Of a DNA stretch of 64,000 bases, positions 8,861-20,780 are shown piece by piece. Position 1 is the first letter of the stretch. Every line of letters starts with the position of its first letter. The notes under the pieces were generated by a model that was not told the DNA's origin, made no database searches, and saw only the letters and a program-made list of their open reading frames with translations. The stretch is from the NCBI RefSeq assembly GCF_036321535.1, contig NC_087437.1:109060001-109124000 (forward strand), given 5' to 3'. The position numbers and the translations under genes were made by a program. This DNA is from Camelus dromedarius. Lineage: Eukaryota.

Positions 8861-11299
8861 TTCTTATTATTGCTGTACTATTATTTATCAAATTCCTGTT
8901 TTCTCTCCTTTAATTGCTTCTTTCCTAGTGTCTCTGCCTATAACTGTAAGCTCTGGGTTTGGACCTCACCCTTATATTGCCCCTCTCATTACAGTAAGTT
9001 TCCTTTCATATGGTCAATGCAGTAACTCCTGGTTAATTTCTAATACAAAGGAATGTTTGGTTTCCCAGCAGTTTTTATGAAATAGAAACCAGGGTGATCA
9101 GTGCCCTATTTACCTGCGGTATTAACTTGGACTCTCTGCAAGAACAGAAACCATCTGAAACATGAATTATTGAATGAACGAATGAATGAATGAATGAATT
9201 TGTTGTAAGGATTTACATGTGTCTCAATTAGAAGCCAAAGAATGGAGGCAGGCCTTGTAAATAGCATAGTGTAAGAGGTGGAAAACTGCCAGGAACCCAG
9301 AGAATCTTCTCTCTCAGCTCACCTGAGAGAGCACCTGCTCACCCTCCACACCGCAGGATGGCTCTGTGTGCTGCCAAGCGTGTATGGAAGAGTGGCTACA
9401 GCACAGCTCTGGGACAGGTCCATTCTCCTCCAGGACCAGTCCAGGTGGAGATCACTGTTTTAATCAGTTCTAAATTCCCAAGGAGGAGAGCATCTCTTTG
9501 GCCTGTTTTGGCTCAGGTGTCCTCCTCTGGGACTAGAGCGCAGGAATGAACAGCAGAAACGTGGCTGCCAAGATCCCACCTCTCTGGGCAGGTAAAGCAG
9601 ACGAGTCTGCTCACCCAGATGTGTGCCAGTCTGAAGTCAGCCTCTTTCCTCTTCCAAGATATCCCTAGAGGAGACACGTTAGAATTTTTAAAAAATCTGA
9701 GTGACTTGCTTTCTGTTTCAGCTTCCTTGAATTCATCCTGTTCTCAGTTCTAGTGATTTATACAGGCACACTCCACTTGCAGAGTATAAGGGGCACGTTA
9801 TAAATTTCAGTCCTGCCACAGACATCGCTTTCAGATGAATAAGCAGAAAATGTGGTACTTTTTAGCTAATAAGAATAAGAGTAAGCTGGCCCTTTTCCTG
9901 AAGTAAGAGAATTTGATGCTTAAGATAGTAATTACATTAAGATGCCTGCTTAGAACTTAGACCCTGGTTATTGGGTGATGTTATGGACCTTGTTGTCTTT
10001 TGGTAAAGAGGAAATTTACCCCCACACTTCTGTCACAGACACCTGTTTAGTTGTATGGAGAGTTCGGAATATGGAGGAGTGTGATAGATTTTTTTTTTTG
10101 ATCAAGGTGTCACTTTTGGAAGCATGGCCAGTAGACAAGCAGTGTTTCCCAGTCTCTATGGTCTGTGTGGGATTTTAGCAGACCTACTTAATGGAAATTA
10201 TGTTGTTTCATAATTAGGATTCATTTTAATACAACTGGTGATTGATTGGATTAACATTAATAAATTCACAGTGTGCCCTGTCTGGTAATATTTGGGCAGA
10301 GGGCCCCATATTTTTGTAAGCTTTGGTCTTTGGCTATTGACTCTGAACTTTTTGTAGCTAGTCCTTAGAGTAATAGCCTAATAGATTGTGGATGGATCAA
10401 CACATGAAAAAAACGTTTTGATTATAGTAAGAATAATGACTTGAAAATGTCTTAAAGGTGGGTCAATAGGATAATTATCATGTATAAAGGGTGCTTTTAT
10501 GGTGCTCCCTTAAGTCAAAGGGAGCTGTTAGTTCAAAATACGGAGTTTTATTTCTCAACAAGAAGTTCTATCAGCCTAACAGAACCTTTGAAGAAAAGGA
10601 AAGGCATGTATTTGGTTGATAAATTGATGGTATTGACTTTTAACATTTATTTTGAATTTGATAGTATTTTAGAGGTTAGACATTAATTCAGCATTGCTTT
10701 TACTGTAAGGATTGAATATATGTAATCTATAGCCCAAAAACATGACTTTTTTTTTTTAACCAATAAATGTAAGATCTTGAACAAAGTTCAAGATTCATTC
10801 AACTGCTCTTATGTGTTTGGCATATAAAGCCTTTGTCTTTATAGGATTCTTTATAAGGTCCATGTTTATTCTTTTATGTAAGATTAATTCAGAAGTTAGA
10901 AAATATGTGTCTTTGATACCATTTTGTCCTCAAAGGTAACCTTGAAATGAACCTTGCTTTTTAAAGAAAAAAAAAATTACCAAAATGTATTTCTCTTAGA
11001 AGAAGATATTGCTTGATATCAGCTTGTAAGTGATCAGAAGTTACAGTATTCACAAGCTCTTGAACTCAGGGTTGAGGTGTTCACACACCATTTTGTTTCA
11101 TTCTATTATGATGGTATAGGAGGAAAACGACCTCATCTGTCTTTTAGTGTTTTGCATTTTTGTGAAGATTGTATTATTATCTCATTAAAAATACACCTTT
11201 TCTGGTCACATTCTACTGGCTGCTCTAGCTACATGTGCACTGCCATCTCCAAACACTCCAGTGGGCCCTCCTGGAACCTGCTGTCCCCCACTCTGTGAG

Positions 11300-11720
11300 G
11301 CCCTTGAAATGTGGTCTGTGTACCACTGGCATCAGTTATCCAGGGGGCCCCCCTTCAAAATACACTCTCCCCAGTCCCATCCCGACCTATGGGAGGGGCC
11401 CAGGAACATGCATTTTAAAAAAGTTTCCAGGGTAAATCTTTATTATGCACATTAAATTTTGAGAACTTACTTCAGTAGAACTCAGAAGTCACATGGAGGC
11501 TTTGGAGTCGAAGGGCTGGAAATTCTGCCTGGCCACTTGGTAGCTTCATGGTCTGGAGGAATAATTTCACCTCCAATACCCAGTTTCCTCATTGGTAATA
11601 CGGAGATAAGAATCCGTCTATCAGGTCTGGTGCAAGGCTCAGATGCCACTAGGGATGGGAAGCCTTTTGTGTTCCCAGCACATATTCAGGGCACAGGAAG
11701 CGCTAGTAGTTGTGTTTTCT
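11300..11720. mobile_element. MER5A-like DNA element followed by MIR
   Basis: gggcccaggaacatgcattttaaaaaagtttccaggg...ttgagaac, then cagtttcctcattggtaatacggagataag. Confidence 0.6.
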
Positions 11721-11889
11721 GTAAGCATCTGCTGGTCGCTGCATATTAAATGTACAGGGTACTAGGAAATCAAAGATCAATGATACATGGTACTTGCCAG
11801 TAAAATGCTTTTAGTCTCATAGGAAGCCAGGTTTATGTGTGTTCATTGTTTCTTGAGACTCATCTTCCTCTTCCCCATTCTAAAAATTT

Positions 11890-14520
11890 CACGCTTTCAG
11901 CAGAGCTAAATGAACAGTGCAGTAAAGGACCATATACTCCCCAGGTAGATTCACCAGTTACTGACATTCTCCCACATTTGTTTTCTCTCTCTTTCTGTGG
12001 GTCTTGGTCTCTGTCTCTCTGCTCGGGTGTGTGTCCCCCTGCTCCGGTTGATTGGTCTTTGTCCCTGTTCCTGTCGGTCAGTCTTGGTCTCTTTTTAACC
12101 ACAGTGGAGTGAGCTTGGTCTCACTGTCTTTCTTCTCTGACTCTGTCGCTCTCCTGTAATTTTCTGAATCATTTGAAACCTGCCACATTATAATATTTCA
12201 CCCCTAATTGCTTAAATATGCATCTCCTAGAAATAGACATTCTTATATATCTTTATCACATTTATTTACAAGTATCTTTATCACATCTGAGAAAATTAAT
12301 ACATTTTTGATATCATATGTAGTCCCTATTCAAATTACCCTAATTGTTCCTAAAATATATTACATCTATGTGATTTTTCTTTTTTCTTTTCAGACTAGGA
12401 TCCGGTCCTCACATGACACATTTGGTTCTGCCTTTTTGGTTTCCTAAATAGAATAAATCTGCCTCCCCTCTCATTTTTTTTTTTTTTAAATGACAGTAAC
12501 TTTTTGAAGAGTCCAGGCCAGATTTCTCTTAAAAGTCCTGCTTTTTATGTTTGTCTGATTGTTTCCCCTTGGTTTTATTGAACTCCTTCCTCCACTCCCT
12601 GTGTTTCGTGTAAACTGCAAAAAGGAGAGTTCTGCGGCTGAGATTAAACTTTTATCGGTGTGTCCTTGGTACTGCATCACTTGGGGAGGCGCAGTGTCAG
12701 GGTGTCCCACCTGAGCACCCTCGAGTTGCCAGATCATTTTCAAAAAAATTTCTTTTGCTTTTGTAATTGTTTAGTAATCTCTGTGTGTTCATTAGGGCCT
12801 TTGCGAATATCCAGTTCCCCAGTACCTTTGGTTTTAAGCACACGTTGATGGCCTTTACAAGTCGGGGCTGCAGAATTGTGGTTTTTCAAATGCTGTCTTT
12901 CCACTTACATTTATTGGTATTCGTCTTTAAAAAGAATTTTCCTTCCCTCCTCTTCTCCCTCCCTCCCAACACACCTCTTCTGTGTCACTGTGTTCCAGTG
13001 GATTAATTTTTTTCTAATTTAATTTTTTAAACTTATAATGGTTATTGGTCTTCCTGATGTTGACATTTTTTTTCAAACATGGCCAGGGAGAGCCAGCCCC
13101 CCTCAGCCAGCTGCTGTGTGCTTTTGACATGACCCTATTAGTGTTTCGGTGCCGCCTAGAACGGCATGTCATAGGCTCACCTTGTACCTCTCTTGTCCTA
13201 AGATTGGGAATCATGCTTTCTCTAAAAGTCCCGGGTTTCTTATAACATGTATTAGACACTAGGAAGCATGCTTGCTCCTGGAAATGTTGGGAAATTGTGC
13301 GTGTGTGTGTGTGTGTGTGTGTGTATAAAATCTTGAGTGCAGTCAGTATGTATATCATTCTTCAATAAATAAAAGTGTTAGAAATCATGAGTTCATGCAG
13401 ATATTTCCAATCAAAATTTAATTGTACAGAGCTTTTGTCTTTTTACTTCTTTTATATATTTATGTTTTATCTCTTTTCATTATAGGGAAAATCTTGGCTT
13501 CCAATTATATTAATGTATTTATTATTTGATAAATACATATATATATCCTATATATGTTGTAAAGTTATAATGTCAATATTCTATTAATAATAAATTGAGT
13601 AAAATGTAAGATTTCTTTGCTTTTTTCTTTGTCCCTGAATGTATATACCATAGTACTGAAGTTTAAAGTTTAGAAGTTATTCAAAGTAATTCTTTGTTTA
13701 TGTTAGCAATTTGATATACTGTGAACTTGTTTCTATTTCTATTACTGGGATTTACTCTTCACATTTTTAAGTTTAATTTTTGAATATGTAAAATGTCTAC
13801 ATGGTTTAAAAGTTAAAACTGTGTTTAAAAAAAGTTATTCCAAAGTCTTGGATCTCATCTTCTCCCTGTCCCCTATTCATAGCTATAACACTTCTCATTA
13901 ATTCCTGGATTTTTTTTTCTTGTATTTCTTTTCTAAAAGCAAATTAATATTTTATGTGTATTTTCATTACCCTTTCTGCTACAGAGAAGTATTCTATATA
14001 TATACCATTGTGTATTTTACCGTTTTCACTTAAGTGATTTCCAGGAAGTGCTTTTCTTAGTTCGAAGTGGTTGTCGTTCTTGCTAAAGCTCCCTAGTGCT
14101 CAGTTGTGGCTGCAGCACAGTTAATCCAAACCAGTCTCTTATTGGACATTTGGGATACTGTAGTTAATAACTTTGTACCTTGTTTATTTTAGCGTTTAAT
14201 AAGATGTGTCTTTAAGACAGATTCCTAGAAGCAGGATTGTTGGATCAAGAACAAATATATATGCAATTTTGTTAGGTATTATTGAATTCCTTTCAGTAGG
14301 GGTTATGGCATTTTGCTTTCCCACCAGCAAAAATAATGCGTGTCTGCCCACAACCAAGGCAGAGAGTTTGTTGTCTGCTTTTGTTTTTTCCGTAGTCTGA
14401 CTGAGAGGATTGGTATCTTATGGTAGCTTTTATTTTATCTCTCTATGAATGAAATTGAGCACTTTTATTCATATTTTTAAGACTCATTTGTGTATTTCTA
14501 TGAACTGTCTGTGCAGAGGT
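11890..14520 (-). mobile_element. Degenerate old L1 (L1MC/ME-like) fragments in intron 4
   Basis: Scattered L1 antisense motifs, e.g. agattcctagaagcaggattgttggatca and ttcccaccagcaa. Confidence 0.5.
13298..13325 (+). repeat. (GT)n microsatellite
   Basis: Seen directly. Confidence 0.9.
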
Positions 14521-16469
14521 TTTGCGTCATAAGGGACTATTAGTCATCACTTTCTAGCTGTGAGTCTCTAACCTAAAATAAATTGTCACTGTCATCTGGC
14601 TTTCTTGGTGCCAAATTCTTCCACTCCTAATCTTTATTGGGTGAGTTATATTTGGAATCTTTTTTTAAAAAAAACTCTTATATTTGAATGAATATTGTAC
14701 ACTAGCTGTTGAAAATATGGATTTGGGTGTACATTTATTTTCTTGCCATAAAATACAGAATAGTACCAGGATTCATTTTTAAAAAATAGATCTGTGATTA
14801 AAGCCACAGGACTTCGTACTTGAGATTCATAGGGTTGCATTTTAAGAAAATTCAAGTATATTGTAGAAATAGGGAGCAGGACACTGGTAGTATGTTTGGG
14901 AGGTGTCTTTAATAATGATATCATGAAGTGATTAAGTTGAATTACTTTTATTAAACTGAGTGCTATTGAAGTAAATCTGTGTTTTAAAATTAGAGTAAAA
15001 TGGAAAAATCAGCTAACTGCCTGGAAACTTAACCCTTGTAGGAGTTAGCTTAAAGTACAGAGGAACAGAAGGGAGCATTTAATTTATAGAAATAATCATG
15101 GTAGACTTTCAGGGTTGGACCTGTTGGTTTTAATTGTTATGAAGAAGCAAGCCATCTTGTATGGGACATACTTAGAGTACAGTGGTGTCATCTTTTATTT
15201 AGGAGAGTGGTAGTGAGAATATTTTAAGATTGTATTAATATTATCAAAAGATACAGAAGTTATAAAGTCATCTTCATAGTATCTGTAGGTTAAGTAGTAG
15301 TTCTGATTTCTGGGAGGAAGTTCAAATATTCATTATTTTGCTTAACCATATTTAATTTAAAAGACCAGCCAACAGTTGAAAGTTTGTCTATTGCTACTTA
15401 GGGCCGAGATTCATCCCAACTTTGATAAGAGGAGTCTCTGGCTGAATATTGATGTGACTGAGGAAAACGTTTCTTATTTTCTTCTGGAAGCTTTGTTTCC
15501 ATGCTCATTTGGAATGGCTGCTGAAGGGCCATACAGAGAAGTGGGTGCTGATTGCATTAAATATATTTATTCTCTGACCAGGTGGTGGGCACTGTTTGCC
15601 CTACAAGCCCAGCAGACTCATTTTATTTGAAGGCTACAGCTGACAAACTTTCTGTACAGAAAAATGTACTTGCTGAACATTGATCCTGCTTTTATTTATT
15701 TTGTGTATATGTATATTTTTTATTGGCCTCTACCTATTTTTTCAAACTAGAACAACTTGGAGAATACCTTGCAGTATAAAATTTAGTGCTTTATATTCAT
15801 TGACATTTTCTCAAAATATTAGATGACCTTAAATTATTTAAAAACTACCAATAATTGGATTTACACAGAATTTTATAGAAAAACCTTTATATAAAACTGT
15901 AGTAGTACTTTTGTGCAAAGCAAATTTCTTTTTACCCTTTTAGCCATTTCTGTCCCAGAAAAGAATCTATTTAGAGGTTGGCCATTGTAGATGGTTACTA
16001 TGAAATAACCTGTGTAAATGTTAACTGGCAACATTCAACAGCTCAGCTCTCCAGAAACCTGCCAACAAGCAGAAAGCTAAGAGAGTTGTCACACATTGCA
16101 CAAGAGAAATCTTTGACCCTCTATCAACATTTATTTACTCTTACCTTATAAACAGCTGGATCATTTGGTTTTCTAGCTTGTACTAGCTTAGGAGCGCAGC
16201 CGTTGTGGAATGGGAAGGATGAGGTGGGGCATTGGTAGAAAACGATGTGCTGTCAGGGTGACCGTGGTGGACAGAAAGGCAGGAACCAGGAAAATTTGAA
16301 AAAAATTCTGTGGGCAGACTTTCCTGCAGGGATAAATTTTAAAGTGAAAATAATAACAGCACGAATAACAATAATAATTAACAAATACAAATCACCCCCC
16401 CCCCAATTCTTCACACTTCACCCACTAGGTCACCCACTAGCTTTCTGACTCTGGGATTTTAAACTCTGA

Positions 16470-16980
16470 ATCCCATCTATAAAATGGGTTTGATATTCCT
16501 GAAATCAAAGCCATTATGAGGACTGTAGCTAAGATTGTGTATTTGAAAACATTTAACACAGTATCTGGCACAGAGTAAATGCCCAGCAAATGTCAGTCAT
16601 TATTACAGTCTTGCAGGAGTAATGATCTCTGCGGTTGTGCCTTTTGAGGCCATATTTTCCATCCGAAAAGTCCACCCTTGTTTATCTGCAGTCCACAAAT
16701 CCAGAAAGCTCTAAGATTGTGCATGTTTGTCACAAACAGTTTTGACCAAAAACCTGACAGACTGACATCAGGTTGTGGAGAGTCTTTATTTACCCTACTT
16801 TGTGCATTGCTATTTTAATGTGTTTTATTTAGAAACAGAAAGGTGTTTGATAGTGGGGTACTGCCTGGAGACCCTGCTAGAGACATTATGTGTGCATCCA
16901 TATTTTCTTTCTAAAATCTGAAAAACTCTGAATCCCAAGGTACATGTATCTGAATTTGGGGTGAGGGGGTGATGGACATG
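16470..16980. mobile_element. MIR fragment followed by Tigger/MER46-like DNA transposon remnant
   Basis: catctataaaatgggt...tctggcacagagtaaatg; ctaaaatctgaaaaactctgaatccca. Confidence 0.5.
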
Positions 16981-17135
16981 ACGTATTTAATACATTTTTG
17001 AGTTGAGTTGACAGGAGAAAGTCCATGTGCTCTTATTTAACGAGAAGACGCCGTGGAGGTGAGTGTGTGAGCACCTGAGGGATGCTGACAGAGCTCAGAA
17101 TCACAACTCACTGTGTCTCTTTCTCGCCCTGGCAG

Positions 17136-17546
17136 CAAAACGAAAAGGAGAGCTTGCTGAAGGAAAGGGATCACATTTTGTCAACTCTGGGCGAGACGAA
17201 GCAGAACCTGACCGGACTTTGCCAGCAAGTCTGCAAGGAAGCAGCTCTGAGTCCAGAGCAGATACAGATACTCGCCAAGTACTCGGCCTCCGACTGCCCA
17301 CTTTCCTTTTTAATTTCCGAGAAAGGAAAGAGCCCTCCTGATGGGGAGCTCGCGTTGCCGTCGATTCTGAGTTTACCTGAAGGGCCTGTGGCCGCCGGGG
17401 AACCAGGCCCTCGCCTCCCCAGCGCCAAGGCCAAGGCCGACGAGGCCCCCCCGGAGCAGGCCACGCCCAGGGAGCCCTGTCGCCAGGGCGGTGGCATCTC
17501 GGATTTCTGTCAGCAGATGACCGACAAATGTACTACTGATGAGTAA
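17136..17546 (+). CDS. BACH1: BACH1 exon 5 coding part: rest of leucine zipper, last CP motif (DCPL), C-terminal cytoplasmic localisation signal; 136 codons plus TAA
   Basis: Pyrimidine-rich acceptor ctggcag|CAA at 17135/17136; QNEKESLLKERDHILSTLGETKQNL...DCPL...CRQGGGISDFCQQMTDKCTTDE*. Confidence 0.97.
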   Translation, partial: QNEKESLLKERDHILSTLGETKQNLTGLCQQVCKEAALSPEQIQILAKYSASDCPLSFLISEKGKSPPDGELALPSILSLPEGPVAAGEPGPRLPSAKAKADEAPPEQATPREPCRQGGGISDFCQQMTDKCTTDE

Positions 17547-19368
17547 CCCTATGTCCGCGTCCTTCACACCAGCTCAGTTTCTACTGAAATTCGGACATTG
17601 TCTTGAAAGCCTAGGACAGCCCTTGGCTCTTAGCAGTGTTGTTTCCTCCCCTCTCCTTGCTGTTAAGGGCACCTCTCTGCAGTCCACCCTTGACTTTTCC
17701 TCGGTTCCCGCAGGAGATGCAGAAATGACTTGCCTCCTGGATGCCAAAAAAATCACACGTGAAAATGTAGAAAAGTTTCGAAAACTCATGTTTTTAAAGA
17801 ATAATAGCTATAAATAATAACTCTAGCCAGTGTTCAGAATAAATGAAAACTGCAGCGTATCCAACCACAGTTAAACAGTGTGAAGTGTCTGCAGATAGTT
17901 TCTGTGAAGGAAGCAACCCGCAAAAGTTTAATAATGCGACGCTCTCACAGTGCACTGGTTTAAAAGGAAATTTCTCCCCAGGTAACGCTGAAAGAGCTCA
18001 GGCCTGCTGAGAAGTCGGGTGTCAGCATTGGGCTTGTTTGCGTAGAACTGCGGTGTGGAAAAGATAAAGGAAACGCCTTGCCTGAGTCCTGGCGCTTTGC
18101 TCTTCAGCTCCTGCTGAAACCAGGAATGGGTCGGCCCGTGTTGTGCTCCTGGGTCCCGGAATAGTTAGGGAACAGGCAGGCGGGTGGCCTCCAGCAGGGA
18201 CTTCTGTTCCTCCTCAACATTGTAAAAGAGTTCTGGCTGCGTCAGCAGTAGATAAGTGTCATTTCCCTCTTTTCTTTTTTTCTCTTCAGTCTCTTCCACA
18301 TCTGGGTCCATCATGATCTTTCTGTTTCCTGGCATTCTTGTCCCTTTGGAAGAAGAAATAGGACTCAGGGTACGGTGGCTTGAGCGCACACATTGGCAAT
18401 ACCGTCTTATCCCCTCCTAGAATCCTGGAGAGCTCACCAAAATACAGGACTGTTTGCCTGCCCAGCAGAGGTCACCCACATGAGAAAACCAGATATCACA
18501 GGAGAAAAAAATTGTCTACATTTATCAGGAGTGGCAGTTCATTTTTCATCCGTTTTTGAAGCCCTATGGTTTATTTGTAAAAATGCATTATTACTGTGCA
18601 GGTTTGTGAAATAGGATGAAGTTTGATCTTGTTCCATTGTGGGTTTAAATTTGGAAGCCAGATTTAATCTTGCTCGCTTCCCCAAATCTCGTGTATAAGG
18701 GCACACAAATCATTTTGGACTTGGGCATTTTAAAATCAGTCTTTGTGTTTATTCAGTCCTGCTTTAAAATAGTTTTTTTTATAATCTGAGCACCTACCCT
18801 GTAACATTTTGCAGTGGTTCTTAGCCATTCCGCTGTTACCGACTTGTTTGGGAGTCAAATGAAAGCTATGGACCTCTGAACAATGCAAAAAAATTGCATA
18901 TTCACAGAAACATTTGCAGAACCTAGTTTGAAAGGATACAAGGGAGTAATTTATAGTGTTTGGGTAGAAAGTACTTCATTTCACCAAGATCAAACAACCT
19001 GAGAGAGAGACTTTTCTAAATGGCGTCCTGAGTCTAGTGAAGGGCTTGTGTAGTTAATGGGGGAGCCAGCCGTCTGCCCTGCAGGAATGGGTCTAAGCAA
19101 GTCGGCCTTTCCTGGCAGAGTGTATGGGGACCAGACTCCATATTTCAGAGTAATTTGTCAAATGTTACCCTTTTTCTTGGTCAGGTGGTGTTAGGGAAGG
19201 TTGCTACTGTATTTTCAGTGGTCTGTATGTTATCTGTTATCGACTTAGTTGTTGTAAGAGAAAACTAGTTGGGCTTGTTTATTTTCTAGAAGCTTTTATA
19301 AGTACACTCAAGAATTTGTCAGGGAGAATGATAATCCTATGATAATGTATCCCATACTACAGAAGATT

Positions 19369-19399
19369 TGTGTGTGTGTGTGTGTGTGTCTGTGTGTGT
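19369..19399 (+). repeat. (TG)n microsatellite within the BACH1 3' UTR
   Basis: Seen directly. Confidence 0.9.
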
Positions 19400-19527
19400 A
19401 ACCCCATGTAGCTATTTCTCTGATACTTGTAATTTTAAATTTTAACTTCAAAGTATAAAATAATATAAAACCTTTTCTGGTTTACAAATTGTAAAATCTT
19501 ATACAAGCCAATGGACTCCTTGATTTC

Positions 19528-19535
19528 CTACCTCA
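19528..19535 (+). promoter_or_regulatory. let-7/miR-98 8mer site (CTACCTCA)
   Basis: Exact 8mer; BACH1 is an established let-7 target. Confidence 0.8.
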
Positions 19536-19728
19536 GTGTACACTTGGCTGTTTGTCATATCCGTTCGTGTATGTGCAAATGTCAAGTAATCTTTTGCTTT
19601 AATTGCTACTGTAAATAATTGCTTTGAAAGATTACTTCCTATTTTATGATAAAACCTAGCTGTCTCCAGAATTTAAATATGACTTCTAGAGCACTTGGTT
19701 TAAATTTCTCTCTACATATAAACAGTTT

Positions 19729-19736
19729 AGCATTAA
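19729..19736 (+). promoter_or_regulatory. miR-155 8mer site (AGCATTAA); further sites AGCATTA 19950-19956 and GCATTAA 20453-20459
   Basis: Exact seed matches; BACH1 is an established miR-155 target. Confidence 0.8.
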
Positions 19737-19831
19737 GGGTTTATTTTAATGGTATTCTGATTATTGGCCAAGTGAAATATTTCATAAAATATTGCATTAC
19801 TTTTCATAGCCAGCATGTAATACAAGGAACT

Positions 19832-19842
19832 ACACTACCTCA
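19832..19842 (+). promoter_or_regulatory. Overlapping miR-142-3p / miR-196 / let-7 seed sites (ACACTACCTCA)
   Basis: ACACTAC 19832-19838, ACTACCT 19834-19840, CTACCTCA 19835-19842. Confidence 0.75.
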
Positions 19843-20580
19843 TACCTACATGATTTTCAAGTTGTAATCCAGAGGGACAGAGAGAGAAAAAAAATTTTTT
19901 TATCTTTGTCTTTTGGCCATAAAGTGGGGAAAGTTTTTATATATCGCATAGCATTATACACTTACGCCTATTTTACCATTAACTTCTAAAGAAGGTTTTT
20001 TTTATAAGGAAATTTAAGTTGATTTTTTTTTTTTTTTGAGGCTGCCGAGACAAATGACAGGATTATGTGTATACAGTGTATATCTTTTCCTTCATGCAGA
20101 ATTTTGGCAAGGTGGTTTTCAGTTTGTAGATTGCATATTCACATGATCGTTGTTCTTTATTTTATGAGTTAGTCTTCTCACTGCTTGATGATTTCTAAAA
20201 AGCTGTTAGGTCTAACTCAGTAAAATAACCTTACCTTAAGATTTTATTTTTTTGTTATTTGAATCCTGCAGCTATGGCAAATAATTTGCTGTTAAATTGT
20301 TACATTCAAAACAAATATGATATAAATCTTAGTTCTCCATCTGTACCTTTTATCACGTAATTTACTATAGCTTAATGCTTAACTAATTTAAAATGAGGAA
20401 TCAGACATATTTGATGCAGTAGACGATACAGGTTGCATGTGGACACTCAGCCGCATTAACAACTTGGGAAAATAATTTTAAAATGGGCAATGTTATAATG
20501 AATTCTCAGGTGAACTTTTTTCAGTTATGAAACATCTATTTTGAATTTGTAAATATTTTAAGTGTTTTATTAAGGCATGT

Positions 20581-20780
20581 AATAAACTATTCTTTGAAAC
20601 CTGTTGGGCAGAATGAAAATGTAAAGCCATAATGGTAAAAGATGGCATACTGATTGTAAAATAAACAAATAATAACAGCTATTGATTTTTTTTGTATCTT
20701 TCATAATATAATTTTCTAACAATGCAATAAAACCACTAAATTTGTATATCCATATCCGATTAAGATCATGTTTCATTAAA
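20581..20780 (+). terminator. Cluster of polyadenylation signals (AATAAA 20581, ~20660 and 20726; ATTAAA 20775)
   Basis: Hexamers seen directly at the end of the AT-rich UTR. Which one is used is inferred. Confidence 0.7.

Larger units (their letters stand above)
999..20750 (+). other. BACH1: BACH1 gene body from the exon 2 acceptor to the probable distal poly(A) site (non-coding exon 1 is upstream of the window)
   Basis: Four exons with GT-AG boundaries splice at phase 0 into a 736-aa BTB-CNC-bZIP protein. A ~3.2 kb 3' UTR ends near AATAAA at 20726-20731. Confidence 0.95.
17547..20750 (+). other. BACH1: BACH1 3' UTR (~3.2 kb)
   Basis: Repeat-poor, AT-rich in its distal half, with miRNA seed matches typical of BACH1 and terminal poly(A) signals. 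Confidence 0.85.
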
